Notes: generated from the sequence alone by a model not told the origin. Counted from the stretch's first letter, positions 1 to 10,139 are shown. The stretch is DNA of 64,000 nucleotides from Saprospiraceae bacterium (GCA_031417835.1 JANOWJ010000138.1:58129-122128); one strand, 5' to 3'. Numbers and translations are program-made.

Positions 1-1511
1 TATGTTCTATTACCATAGGTTCCTTTATTGAGCAGCATTTGGGCTATTTTGGCCATATCATTTGCATTGCTGAATAGGCCGGCATGACCGGAGATCCCAC
101 CTAATAATGCCGCATTTTCATCATGTACATATCCTTGAATCAAGGTGCGTCTAAAAAATGAATCTTGCTCAGTAGGCACGATCTTATCTTTTGTAAACTG
201 CTGTAATGGTAAAAACAGGGTATGGTCTGCACCAAGCGGTTGATAGATCGTGGAGCTCATATAATGATCAAAAGGGGTTTTTGTGATCCGTTCTATCGCT
301 TGATATAATAAAATCATAGAAAGATCGGAGTACACATATCCCGCCTTGTTCAACAACGGGACCCGTTTGATTTCCCCGATTAATTTTGAAGCAATACGAT
401 GATGTGCAAAAATGGTATCCGTGACCCGAAGTTTAAAATGGGCATTAGGCTCCTTACGCACGGTGCGAGGTATAATAGTGCTTCTTTCTGTCAATAGCTT
501 TCTATAATAGGTGATTGAAGCCGGCAACCTGGCTTTGTGGGCCATAATATCTTGCCATGTTAATGACCCTTTATTGCTATGCTTGAACTTGGGAAGGGTG
601 CTTGACAGCGTAGATTGTATCTTAAATTGACCTTGACTATGCAGGACCATGCTGCCTAAAGTGGCGGCGAATACTTTTGTGATCGAAGCCAAATCATAGA
701 TCGCGTCTTTTGTTAAATGGTTTGAACCAATATAGGTGGGTTTGCCAAATGCCTCATGAAATATGACCATACCATCTTTGGCTACTAATAGGTTGGCTCC
801 GGGAAAAACGGAGTCCAGAATTGCATCTTCTATAGCTAGGCTCAAAGCTTGATGGAATGCTTTGCCATCTATGCCAACACAATCAGGAGGACCATACTTC
901 AATCTTTCTATAGAGACAGTCGATAGCCCCGCTCCAATGCCATATGATGAGTTGGCAAAAAAAGGCAACGTAGTCGTACAACCTCTTGCTCCAAAAAGTA
1001 TCTGGGTTATGTGAATAGCCATGTACTCTGAGTGACCCCAGCTAAATAGGATAGCTTGTGCTGATTTAAATAATTCTGATGGAATACTGGCCATAGATCC
1101 ATTTAAATAAATAACTATATAAGGAATACCAATTTGATGAAGTCGGGTGCTAGTACGGGTCAGTTCAGGTAGAGATGAAGATTCGAGATCCACTTCTACA
1201 AGGAATAAATTTGTTCCTGTTCTCCAGGTTTGGCCTTCAAGCTTTGAGTGGGCTATCACATCACAGCTGGTATATTTTTGGATGGTGGGGTAAAGTATCG
1301 TATACTCAGGTTTTGATACCGATAAGGTAATTTGCCATTTTTCAAGAGATTGTATGGGTACGATGTGCTGGTTGTTTTTTAGTACTGCGATTTGTGTGCT
1401 GGCTTGCTCATAGGCTGCTACGATCGCATCTGATTTTTGTGCAAAGCCAATCATAGCCCAGCCTAACACACAGGCTAGGCATCGTAGCGAGGAATAAAAT
1501 ATTTGGTGCAC
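1..1511 (-). CDS. Serine hydrolase (class C beta-lactamase / PBP-like fold) with N-terminal alpha/beta domain; C-terminus runs off the window start
   Basis: My own minus-strand translation; it is absent from the ORF track because it is open at position 1. GTG at 1511 is preceded by an in-frame TAA. Leader-like VHQIFYSSLRCLACVLGWAMIGFAQ. SxxK motif in DLASITKVF, a YSD motif, and SGHAGLFS close to the edge. Confidence 0.8.
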   Translation of the reverse strand, partial: MHQIFYSSLRCLACVLGWAMIGFAQKSDAIVAAYEQASTQIAVLKNNQHIVPIQSLEKWQITLSVSKPEYTILYPTIQKYTSCDVIAHSKLEGQTWRTGTNLFLVEVDLESSSLPELTRTSTRLHQIGIPYIVIYLNGSMASIPSELFKSAQAILFSWGHSEYMAIHITQILFGARGCTTTLPFFANSSYGIGAGLSTVSIERLKYGPPDCVGIDGKAFHQALSLAIEDAILDSVFPGANLLVAKDGMVIFHEAFGKPTYIGSNHLTKDAIYDLASITKVFAATLGSMVLHSQGQFKIQSTLSSTLPKFKHSNKGSLTWQDIMAHKARLPASITYYRKLLTERSTIIPRTVRKEPNAHFKLRVTDTIFAHHRIASKLIGEIKRVPLLNKAGYVYSDLSMILLYQAIERITKTPFDHYMSSTIYQPLGADHTLFLPLQQFTKDKIVPTEQDSFFRRTLIQGYVHDENAALLGGISGHAGLFSNANDMAKIAQMLLNKGTYGNRT

Positions 1512-1537
1512 GATAATGATATGAATTTAGCAACTTT

Positions 1538-3007
1538 ATGCTGTTTAACATAAAATATATGAGGTTGAGTTTTTACATGAAGGGTATTTTTAAAGGCATA
1601 GACAGTGTCCGGGTCATCTATTCACTGATGCAACATATGATTAAAAAGATCTCAAATGGTTTTCTTATTCCGTTTGGTCCAAATAGGTCAGGGGCCCTCT
1701 GTATTTTTTGGCCAGTACTCGTTTGTTTTGTGCTGACTTGGTTATCCTGTAGTAGTAGTAAAAAATCCTCAGCTCGTGAAATTAATGTTGCATCGATGGT
1801 TGCTTCATCCGATGTTTTTAACCACCATTTTACAGGATTTGTCCTATTCGATCCACTGACTAGACAAACTATTTTTGAACAAAATAGTAACAAATATTTT
1901 ACTCCGGCTTCCAATACTAAAATTCTAACATTATTAACTTCTTTGTCCACGTTTGGCGACACCTTGCCTTCCATCCGGTACGCGATCAAAGACGACAAAC
2001 TTTATATCAAAGGTATGGGCGATCCTACTTTTTTGCATGAATTATGGCCGTATCATCCCATGTTTGAATTTTTAAAAAACACGCCCTATCAGATCTATCT
2101 GGTCAGGGATGTATTGCAGGATGAAATATTTGGACCTGGGTGGGCATGGGATGACTACCAAGAATCTTATCAGGTTGAAAAGTCTGCGTTTCCATTATAT
2201 GGCAATCTAGTCCATTTTAATGCAAAGGATTCGATTTATCAGACGGCGCCACCTTACTTTCAATCTCGATGGACTAGGAAACCAATATCTAATCCAGATC
2301 GATCGATCTCTAGACCTTATGCACTTAACCAATTTGTGGCTCATGATGATACCTTAATTGATCATACTGCTCCCTATAGGATGGATTTTGCGACGATACA
2401 GACTTTACTGGCTGATACATTGGCTCGAGATGTTCAATGGTGTTGGACAGCAGATTTGCCACTAGATCTCCATTGGTCTACTCGTAACGGAATGACGGCA
2501 GATTCTGTCTATGCTCACATGATGAAAGTAAGTGACAATTTTTTAGCGGAGCAACTGCTATTAATGGTTGCCTCGTATCGTACAGATACTTGTAGCAGTG
2601 CCTTGGCAATAGATTTAGCTTCTAAAAGCGTGTTCAAAGATGCTCCTGATTCATTACTATGGTTTGATGGGAGTGGATTATCCCGATATAATCTATTTAC
2701 GCCACGTACGCTGGTTTTTGCTTTGGATCAATTATACTCCAAAATATCTTTTGATCGAATAAAAAACATTTTTCCGGCAGGTGGATTAAATGGTACGATA
2801 CGCAATTGGTATAAAGGTAATACTGGACCGTATGTCTATGCCAAAACCGGCTCTTTGGCAAATAACCATTCGCTCAGTGGCTATGTGCAGACCAGAAAAA
2901 ACAAAATACTCATTTTTTCCTTCATGCACTCCAATTATACAGGCAGTGTGATACCTATTCGCAAAGAGATGCAACGCACTCTAGAGTTTATTAGAGATCA
3001 GTATTAG
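1538..3007 (+). CDS. dacB: D-alanyl-D-alanine carboxypeptidase/endopeptidase, PBP4 (S13) family; true start probably the internal Met at 1628 or 1637
   Basis: SxxK in FTPASNTKILT, SxN in KVSDNFLAEQL, KTG in YAKTGSLANNHSLSGYV. A hydrophobic leader ending LSCSSS follows the internal Met residues. Confidence 0.9.
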   Translation: MLFNIKYMRLSFYMKGIFKGIDSVRVIYSLMQHMIKKISNGFLIPFGPNRSGALCIFWPVLVCFVLTWLSCSSSKKSSAREINVASMVASSDVFNHHFTGFVLFDPLTRQTIFEQNSNKYFTPASNTKILTLLTSLSTFGDTLPSIRYAIKDDKLYIKGMGDPTFLHELWPYHPMFEFLKNTPYQIYLVRDVLQDEIFGPGWAWDDYQESYQVEKSAFPLYGNLVHFNAKDSIYQTAPPYFQSRWTRKPISNPDRSISRPYALNQFVAHDDTLIDHTAPYRMDFATIQTLLADTLARDVQWCWTADLPLDLHWSTRNGMTADSVYAHMMKVSDNFLAEQLLLMVASYRTDTCSSALAIDLASKSVFKDAPDSLLWFDGSGLSRYNLFTPRTLVFALDQLYSKISFDRIKNIFPAGGLNGTIRNWYKGNTGPYVYAKTGSLANNHSLSGYVQTRKNKILIFSFMHSNYTGSVIPIRKEMQRTLEFIRDQY

Positions 3008-3022
3008 ATTCGATCTATTTGT

Positions 3023-3072
3023 CAAATCGTCAATTGCCAAATCGTCAATTGTCATTTTTCAATCGTCAATTG
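3023..3072. repeat. Three copies of CAAATCGTCAATTG / TCAATCGTCAATTG in a convergent intergenic gap
   Basis: Copies read directly at 3023-3036, 3038-3051 and 3059-3072. Each is a quasi-palindrome CAAT-N5-ATTG. Confidence 0.8.
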
Positions 3073-3096
3073 TCAATCCTCATTTGGGATATTCAA

Positions 3097-4110
3097 TCAC
3101 CTCGTACTATCTAATAATACAATATTCGTATTCATCATGACAACTTCTGGAGATTTCCATTGAAGATGATTGTTTCGGGCATTGATATATTGGATCAATT
3201 TTTGTGCACTGAGCATACCGAGCTCACGGCCATCATGCCGCATATGGCTTACTTTGGGCATCATAAAATGAGGTAAAAGACCATCGCTGATACCAATTAT
3301 GGACAATGCCTCAGGTACTTTTATGTTTAAAGATGAAACAGCAGGCATCACACCCAACATGATTTCATCAGTCATTAAATATAGACCGTCTAGTCGGCAG
3401 TTGGTCAATAGATCCAACGCATTATCGTGGGCTTCTTGGCTATTATTTACGAATCGCACTAGATCAAGATCGTTATGCAACCCCAGATCGGCTAATGCTT
3501 TGGCAAATCCTTTATATCTCAGATGGGATATCGTCAGGCTGGCTTTCCCGAATATGCCTCCGACATGTGTACAGCCTGATTTGTATAAATGCTGTACCAT
3601 CTGATAGGATACTTTGTAGTCATCGATGGTGATACTGGAGTACGGCGCATCTTCTATCACTTTATCCATCAGGATCACTGGAGTATTGGATTCATTGAGT
3701 GATTCCAGATGATCGAGGGTAATGGTTTCTTTCGAGACCGATAGCAGCACTCCGGCAACATTATGATCATATGCTATAATTATATTTTCTATTTCTCGCT
3801 CTAAGCGATCATCCGTAGGCAATATCAATAAAGTATAACCCTGTAGATGTAAGGTTTGTTCTATTCCATGGATGACAGATGGGTAAAAGAATGAAGTGAT
3901 CTCCGGAAGGATTAAAGCGATCGTTTTGACCGTGCCTCGCTTTAGATTCAACGCAGCGCTACTAGGTCTATACTTCATAAGTTTAGCCATCTCATTGATC
4001 TCAGACTTGAGTCGGTCGCTGATGTCAGGATGATCACTTAATGCTCGGGATATGGTGGATGGGCTGACTTCCATTTTGGCCGCGATATCCTTAATTGTTG
4101 TCTTTTTCAA
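3097..4110 (-). CDS. LacI-family transcriptional regulator
   Basis: N-terminal HTH TIKDIAAKMEVSPSTISRALSD followed by a periplasmic-binding-protein-like sugar-binding body; 337 aa. Confidence 0.9.
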   Translation of the reverse strand: MKKTTIKDIAAKMEVSPSTISRALSDHPDISDRLKSEINEMAKLMKYRPSSAALNLKRGTVKTIALILPEITSFFYPSVIHGIEQTLHLQGYTLLILPTDDRLEREIENIIIAYDHNVAGVLLSVSKETITLDHLESLNESNTPVILMDKVIEDAPYSSITIDDYKVSYQMVQHLYKSGCTHVGGIFGKASLTISHLRYKGFAKALADLGLHNDLDLVRFVNNSQEAHDNALDLLTNCRLDGLYLMTDEIMLGVMPAVSSLNIKVPEALSIIGISDGLLPHFMMPKVSHMRHDGRELGMLSAQKLIQYINARNNHLQWKSPEVVMMNTNIVLLDSTR

Positions 4111-4183
4111 ATTGGCAATTTGGGTTTTAGCTTGGGCTACAAGGATACAATTTTATTAACAAATTTAGGCATTTTATCAACAA

Positions 4184-4193
4184 CAATCGATTG
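4184..4193. promoter_or_regulatory. Perfect 10-nt palindrome CAATCGATTG with central CG; candidate LacI-family operator in the lacI/susC divergent region
   Basis: Palindrome read directly. A central CG is typical of LacI-family operators. It has the same CAAT/ATTG arms as the 3023-3072 repeats. Confidence 0.3.
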
Positions 4194-4262
4194 CGGTATG
4201 GTTTGCAGGATAATTTCTAACTATAAAATGGTAATTCGGTATTGAATAGCACGGGTATTTGA

Positions 4263-4270
4263 TAATTTTG
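4263..4270 (+). promoter_or_regulatory. Candidate Bacteroidota -7 box (TAnnTTTG) upstream of susC-like gene
   Basis: TAATTTTG read directly, about 140 nt upstream of the ATG at 4408. No clear -33 element seen. Confidence 0.25.
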
Positions 4271-4407
4271 GGCCAGTGCTCTATTAAGAGATTGTTATGT
4301 ATTTGTGATTTTTAGATCAATCTTTTTACTTAATTAAGTGTTAAGTCATTGATTTAATTCTGTGTGTAGACCACTGCTTAAACCGGATTGAAATTATAAA
4401 ATTTTGA

Positions 4408-7359
4408 ATGATTATGAATAGACTTTTAACTTGTATGTTCAAATTGACTTTTGTCCTGGTGCTCGTCACTAGCATACAATCGTTCAGTTTTGCACAACGC
4501 TCAGTCACAGGTACCGTCAAAGAAGCAGGTACTAATGACCCATTGATTGGGGCCATCGTATTGGTGCAAGGCACCAGTATTGGAACCATTACAGATGTCG
4601 ACGGCAATTTCAGTATTGAAGTTCCTGCCGGCAAGGATGTATTAGAAGTACAATACACTGGATTTGGTACAGAGGTTATTACATTAGGTGGAGCCTCTAC
4701 CATCGAAGTCATGCTGACCGCAGGCAAATCTCTAGAAGAGGTAGTAGTCACAGGTTATGGATCTCAACGGCAAAAGGAAATCACTTCAGCAGTAGCATCT
4801 ATCAAAGCTGAAGATTTTAACAAGGGAGCTATCACCAGTCCTGCTCAACTTTTACAAGGGAAAGTACCTGGTTTGATCATCGCTAAACCTAATGGAGATC
4901 CCAATGGCGGTTTCGCCATTCGCTTAAGAGGTCTTTCTACCGTAGGAGGCAATACAGAGCCGTTGGTCATCATCGATGGTGTACCTGGCGCTAGTCTTAG
5001 CAGTATAGATCCTAATGACATCGAGTCGATGGATGTATTGCGAGATGGGTCTGCAGCATCTATATATGGTACTAGGGGATCCAATGGGGTCATCCTGATC
5101 ACTTCCAAAAAAGGAAAAGAAGGTAGGACTACGGTGGAATACAATGGAGTGTATTCGGCAGAGTCATTAGCTCGTACTCCTGATATTATGAATGCTGCAG
5201 AATACAAAGCGGCAGGCGGTAAAGATCAAGGAAATTCGACAGATTGGTTTGATGTGATTACTCAAAATTCCTTCCAACAGCAACATAACTTGGCTTTGTC
5301 CGGTGGTGCTAAAGGCATGGGCTATCGAGTGTCTTTCAATTATCGGAATGTGCCAGGTATTATTAAAAATACTGGGTTCAAACAACTCAATGGAAGAATT
5401 AATTTAAGTCAAAAGGCACTGAACGATAAGTTACAAGTGAATTTCGATTTGTCTTCTACAAGTAAAAATCAGGAATTTGGGTACAGAGATGCATTCAGAT
5501 ATGCAACTATCTTCAATCCAACAGCTCCAGTCTATGATGTTAAAAATACTACGAACGGCGGATATTTCGAACCAGGTGGGTTTGATTACTTTAATCCTTT
5601 AGCCATCATCGAGCAAAACTCTAATACAGGAACGCTAAATAATATGCTCGGAACGATCAGAGGTGAATATGAAATCCTGAAAGGGCTTAAATATTCTATA
5701 GCGTATACCCTGGGTCGAGAAAACAGAATAGGAGAAAGTTATGTAAGCAAACAAAGTCAATATGGCGGTGGAACCGGAAGAAATGGTTTGGCCTCCAGAG
5801 GTACCAATAGTGACCAAAACGATTACTTATCTACTACCTTAAATTATGCATTCACAGTGAGTGGTGTAGATTTGACTGCTTTAGCCGGATATGATCATCA
5901 GAAATTTACTGAAGAAGGATTTGGTCTACAAGGTGGTAACTTTTTGACTGACTTTTTTACCAGCAATAATTTAGGAGCCAGTTTGGACTTTCCACGAGGT
6001 CTGGGGGGTGTAGGCAGTGGAAAAACCAGCAATAAATTAATTGCATTCTTCGGTCGCTTAAATGCCAATATCAATGATACTTGGTTTGCTAGTGCTTCGG
6101 TACGACGAGAAGGCTCATCCAGATTTGGTGAAAATAATAAATGGGGAATCTTCCCTGGAATATCAGCTGGTGTTAATCTAACCAAATTGGCAGATTTAGG
6201 TGCAATTAATAACTTAAAATTGAGAGTCGGTTATGGAGTTACTGGCGCCAATATCACTCAAAATTATCTTTCATTGTTTAGATATGGACCGACTGGTAAC
6301 TTCTATTACAATGGTGCTTATGTGCCTACTTATGGTCCGGTTTCCAATCCAAATTCTGACTTAAAATGGGAAGTAAAAGGTGAAACCAATATAGGTTTAG
6401 ACTATGGCCTTTTTGACTACAAAGTCACAGGTTCATTTGATTTCTTTAATAGGAAAGTCAATGACTTATTGTACAATTTTCCAGTACCAGTACCACCAAA
6501 CAACTTTGGTCGGACTTGGGCTAATGTCGGTGAATTGACTAGTTCTGGATTAGAAGCAGCTGTAGCTGTGAATGGTTTAAAATTCGGTGGTTTAAAATGG
6601 AGTCCCACATTAAACGCTACCTTCTACCTTAAAAACGAACTTGTAAGTCTTTCAGAAGGAGATTTGAAATTTGGTTCGGGCGGTGCGATAGATATAGCGG
6701 GCGTAGGTTCTCCGGGACAAAACAATTTTTACATGATACGCGTAGCAGAAGGTGAAAAATTAGGTCAGATCTTTGGCCCAGTATACACAGGTCCAGATGA
6801 CAAAGGCAATCCGACTTTCAAGGACATCGATGGTGATGGCAAAAAATATCCTGATGATAATGATGATCGTGCAGAATTGGGCAATGGGTTGCCAAATCTG
6901 ACCCTAGGACTTAATAACACATTCTCTGCGGGCAATTTTACCTTAAATGCTTTCATAAGAGGCGCTTTCGGTCATTCGCTGGTCAATCAAAACCGGGTAT
7001 TTTACGAAGATCGCAATGCAGGTTCTATTTTGAGTTACAATCGGATCAATACAAAGTATGCAGATCCTAAATTGAAGGACTCTAAATATTCCAGTTTGCA
7101 TGTGGAGAAAGCTGATTTCATCCGATTGGATAATATGCAGTTGGGTTATAATCTTCCAGTTAAAGGATTATTTAACAGAGCATTTGTGTATTTGGCTGGT
7201 AACAATTTATTTACCATCACTGATTACACCGGGGTAGATCCAGAGGTTCGATTTGGTGATTCTGAAGACAATGAAAATCCTTTAGCTCCTGGTATCGATC
7301 GTCGCGGAAATTATTTTACTACTCGTTCATTCTCATTGGGAGTAAATCTTGGATTCTAA
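4408..7359 (+). CDS. SusC/RagA-family TonB-linked outer-membrane transporter
   Basis: Signal peptide, CarboxypepD_reg-like N-domain (VTGTVKEAGTNDPLIGAIVLVQGTSIGTITDVDGNFSIEV), plug motif DVLRDGSAASIYGTRGSNGVILITSKKG, terminal aromatic residue (GVNLGF). 983 aa and followed by SusD. Confidence 0.95.
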   Translation: MIMNRLLTCMFKLTFVLVLVTSIQSFSFAQRSVTGTVKEAGTNDPLIGAIVLVQGTSIGTITDVDGNFSIEVPAGKDVLEVQYTGFGTEVITLGGASTIEVMLTAGKSLEEVVVTGYGSQRQKEITSAVASIKAEDFNKGAITSPAQLLQGKVPGLIIAKPNGDPNGGFAIRLRGLSTVGGNTEPLVIIDGVPGASLSSIDPNDIESMDVLRDGSAASIYGTRGSNGVILITSKKGKEGRTTVEYNGVYSAESLARTPDIMNAAEYKAAGGKDQGNSTDWFDVITQNSFQQQHNLALSGGAKGMGYRVSFNYRNVPGIIKNTGFKQLNGRINLSQKALNDKLQVNFDLSSTSKNQEFGYRDAFRYATIFNPTAPVYDVKNTTNGGYFEPGGFDYFNPLAIIEQNSNTGTLNNMLGTIRGEYEILKGLKYSIAYTLGRENRIGESYVSKQSQYGGGTGRNGLASRGTNSDQNDYLSTTLNYAFTVSGVDLTALAGYDHQKFTEEGFGLQGGNFLTDFFTSNNLGASLDFPRGLGGVGSGKTSNKLIAFFGRLNANINDTWFASASVRREGSSRFGENNKWGIFPGISAGVNLTKLADLGAINNLKLRVGYGVTGANITQNYLSLFRYGPTGNFYYNGAYVPTYGPVSNPNSDLKWEVKGETNIGLDYGLFDYKVTGSFDFFNRKVNDLLYNFPVPVPPNNFGRTWANVGELTSSGLEAAVAVNGLKFGGLKWSPTLNATFYLKNELVSLSEGDLKFGSGGAIDIAGVGSPGQNNFYMIRVAEGEKLGQIFGPVYTGPDDKGNPTFKDIDGDGKKYPDDNDDRAELGNGLPNLTLGLNNTFSAGNFTLNAFIRGAFGHSLVNQNRVFYEDRNAGSILSYNRINTKYADPKLKDSKYSSLHVEKADFIRLDNMQLGYNLPVKGLFNRAFVYLAGNNLFTITDYTGVDPEVRFGDSEDNENPLAPGIDRRGNYFTTRSFSLGVNLGF

Positions 7360-7405
7360 TAGTTTTAATTTTAATATAATTAATAAATAACATAATCATA
7401 GAAAT

Positions 7406-8932
7406 ATGAAAAATCTTTTAAAATATCCAAAAGTTTTATTGATTGCAGGCATGTTGCTTGTATTCAATAATTCTTGTACCGACCTCGATGAGGAGTTATA
7501 TTCTACCGTTTCATTTGATAATTTTTTCAAATCTGACGAAGAATTTATCTCCGCGTTGGGAGTCGCCTATTCGAGCCTCATCGGAGTGATGGGCGGGCAT
7601 AACTCGACTTGGTCTATCCAGGAAGTATCATCTGATGAATTGATGATTCCACAACGGGGTGGTGACTGGTTTGACGGTGGTCAATGGTTGCGTATGCATC
7701 GTCATGAATATTTGCCTACTGAAGAGTCATTTAATAATTCTTGGGGGCAATTATTCGGAGGAGTCAGCGCATGTAACCGTTTGATTGAACAGTTTACGCC
7801 CATTCAAGGCGACCGGGCAAAAGCCTTTGTATCCGAACTGCGATCAGTACGTGCATTATTTTATTATTGGTTGATGGATTTGTTTGGTAATATTCCGCTC
7901 GTGACTTCTTTTGCTACAGCCGAAGCTAATCCAGCAACAAAAACGCGTGCTGAAATATATGCATTCATTGAAAAAGAATTAAATGAAAGTATACCGTTAT
8001 TGACTGCTGATGTGACCGGAGCTACATATGCTCGTATGACTAAACATGCCGCCAATGCATTATTGGCTAAGCTGTACATCAATGCTCAAAAATATACTGG
8101 TACAGCACAATGGGATAAAGCAATAACTGCATCTGATGCTGTCATCAATTCTGGTAAATACAGTTTGGAAGAAAATTATTTTACCAATTTCAAGACGGAT
8201 AATGCTGGATCCAAAGAGACTGTTTTTGCAATCCCTTATGACAAAGTATTTGCTGGAGGATTTGTCCTTCCTCAAATGACTTTACATTATGAAAGTCAAA
8301 AGACTTTTAATCTCACAGATCAACCTTGGAATGGCTATTGTTCACTTCAAGAGTTCTATGAGTCTTATGAGGCTTCTGATGTACGCAGAAAAAACCTGTT
8401 AGCCGGTCCTCAATTTAACTCTGCAGGCAAACAATTGGAAGATGGTGGTGCAGAAGCTAATGACCCGGATGGCAAAGGACTCAACTTTACACCTGCGATC
8501 AATGAGCATTTCCCCAATTGTCTCCGACAAGCAGGAGCCCGAGTGGGTAAATTCGAATATGCCTCAGGTGCTACTCCTAATTTGAGCAATGACTTCCCAA
8601 TCTTCCGTTTGGCCGACATCTTGTTGGTAAAAGCAGAAGCACTTTGGCGGAAGAATGCAGGAGATGCAACAGCTTTGGCCATAGTCAATCAGATTAGGGC
8701 TAGAGGTAATGTGGCACCACTTACCGCTTTGACAGCCGATGTATTATTGGCTGAGCGTGGTCGTGAGATGTTTGCAGAAGGCTGGCGCCGACAAGATCTT
8801 ATCCGTTTTGATAAGTATGCTACTGCTAGAAAATATAAGCCTGCTGATTCAAAAGCATGTTTGGACATCTTCCCTATTCCAAAACCACAGTTGGATGCGA
8901 ATAAGAGCTTGAAGCAAAACGCTTGTTATTAA
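7406..8932 (+). CDS. SusD/RagB-family nutrient-binding outer-membrane lipoprotein
   Basis: Lipoprotein leader (LLVFNNSCTD), 508 aa, 46 nt after SusC. TPR-like helical composition typical of SusD. Confidence 0.9.
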   Translation: MKNLLKYPKVLLIAGMLLVFNNSCTDLDEELYSTVSFDNFFKSDEEFISALGVAYSSLIGVMGGHNSTWSIQEVSSDELMIPQRGGDWFDGGQWLRMHRHEYLPTEESFNNSWGQLFGGVSACNRLIEQFTPIQGDRAKAFVSELRSVRALFYYWLMDLFGNIPLVTSFATAEANPATKTRAEIYAFIEKELNESIPLLTADVTGATYARMTKHAANALLAKLYINAQKYTGTAQWDKAITASDAVINSGKYSLEENYFTNFKTDNAGSKETVFAIPYDKVFAGGFVLPQMTLHYESQKTFNLTDQPWNGYCSLQEFYESYEASDVRRKNLLAGPQFNSAGKQLEDGGAEANDPDGKGLNFTPAINEHFPNCLRQAGARVGKFEYASGATPNLSNDFPIFRLADILLVKAEALWRKNAGDATALAIVNQIRARGNVAPLTALTADVLLAERGREMFAEGWRRQDLIRFDKYATARKYKPADSKACLDIFPIPKPQLDANKSLKQNACY

Positions 8933-8971
8933 TGAGGATAATCTAAGTTTCCTAATCATATCAAATTTGAA

Positions 8972-9005
8972 AGGCTGACTCGCAATGGCGAGTCGGCCTT
9001 TTATT
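8972..9005 (+). terminator. Rho-independent terminator after susD-like gene
   Basis: 12-bp stem AGGCTGACTCGC / GCGAGTCGGCCT (one G-U pair), loop AATG, then TTTTATT. Confidence 0.75.
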
Positions 9006-9121
9006 ATGTAAGGACCATCCCTACCATATTCATGTTTATTCGCCTATTTTTCATTTGTGGCGGTCAGTAGCATAGCCATGTTTAATAAATTATTCTCATT
9101 TTTGCGGAAAATCAATTAAAG

Positions 9122-10036
9122 ATGATCAAAGTCAGTTGGCAAGGGGTCTATCCAGCCATTACCACCAAATTTAAAGAAGACAATAGCCTGGATCTACCCG
9201 CGTTTCAGAAACATGTCGAGTTTCAATTGAATAGTGGGATCAATGGCCTGATTCTTGGTGGAAGCTTGGGCGAAGCAAGTACGCTCAAACAAGAAGAGAC
9301 GCTTGTTTTGTTGGCGTCAGCGAAAGAAATCACCGGAGAGCATATCCCCATATTGATCAATATCGCGGAAGCATCGACTGCAGATGCAATTCAAGCTGCA
9401 AAATCTGCTGAAGCAGCTGGAGCCGATGGCCTGATGTTACTCCCTCCTATGCGCTATAAAGCAGATGATCACGAGACAGTGGTTTATTTTAAATCGGTGG
9501 CGGATCAGACATCGCTTCCAATCATGATTTATAATAATCCGCACGATTATAAAATTGCAGTTACGATTGATATGTTTGAGCAACTCACCTTGCACCCCAA
9601 TATCCAGGCTGTCAAAGAAAGCAGCAGAGACATTACCAATGTGACTCGCATGATCAATGCTTTTGGTACCCGATTTAAGATTATGGGCGGTGTCGATACG
9701 CTGGCACTAGAGTGTTTGGTCGCTGGAGTAGATGGTTGGGTAGCTGGTCTCGTCAATGCCTTTCCCGCGGAGACCGTGGCCATTTTTAATCTGGTCAAAA
9801 GAGGCCGTATCGATGACGCATTGGCCATATATAGATGGTTTATGCCATTGTTAGAACTTGATATTCATCCCAAGTTGGTGCAATATATCAAACTCGCCGA
9901 AGCTGCGGCAGGAGTAGGTACAGAGCACGTACGGCCACCGCGATTAAAACTAAGTGGGATCGAACGAATCCAGGTATTATCCATCATCAATGATGCCATA
10001 CAAAGTAGACCCAATCTGAAAATATACGAGGTATAA
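9122..10036 (+). CDS. Dihydrodipicolinate synthase (DHDPS/NAL) family class I aldolase/dehydratase
   Basis: 304 aa. Schiff-base lysine context IQAVKESSRD, and GLILGGSLGEASTL near the N-terminus. Pairing with a KGSADH-type ALDH suggests a 2-keto-acid dehydratase/deaminase role rather than DapA. Confidence 0.85.
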   Translation: MIKVSWQGVYPAITTKFKEDNSLDLPAFQKHVEFQLNSGINGLILGGSLGEASTLKQEETLVLLASAKEITGEHIPILINIAEASTADAIQAAKSAEAAGADGLMLLPPMRYKADDHETVVYFKSVADQTSLPIMIYNNPHDYKIAVTIDMFEQLTLHPNIQAVKESSRDITNVTRMINAFGTRFKIMGGVDTLALECLVAGVDGWVAGLVNAFPAETVAIFNLVKRGRIDDALAIYRWFMPLLELDIHPKLVQYIKLAEAAAGVGTEHVRPPRLKLSGIERIQVLSIINDAIQSRPNLKIYEV

Positions 10037-10041
10037 ATAAT

Positions 10042-10138
10042 TCCGAAATCCCAAATCCGACATCCGAAATAGAAGCCCCGAAATCCGCAATCCGAAATCC
10101 CAAATCCGAAATCAATTAGTCCGAAATCAATTAGTCCA
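10042..10138. repeat. Array of about 8 degenerate TCCGAAATC / AAATCCGA units filling the intergenic gap between two co-oriented genes
   Basis: Read directly: TCCGAAATCCCAAATCCGACATCCGAAAT...CCGAAATCCGCAATCCGAAATCCCAAATCCGAAATCAATTAGTCCGAAATCAATTAGTCC. Confidence 0.85.
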
Positions 10139-10139
10139 A

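Noticed and set aside
4341-7000. Multiple minus-strand ORFs inside the susC-like gene (4341-4751, 4845-5207, 5898-6185 and others). Similar antisense ORFs lie inside ftsK, the GMC genes, DPP-IV, the GH106-like gene and moaA.
   Set aside because: They lie fully within long, motif-supported genes on the opposite strand. They have low-complexity or Pro/Ser/Leu-rich translations and no recognisable motifs, so they are shadow ORFs.
10042-10138. Possible CRISPR array, because of closely spaced direct repeats.
   Set aside because: The repeat units are only about 9 nt with a 9-15 nt period and no unique spacers. There are no cas genes in the window.
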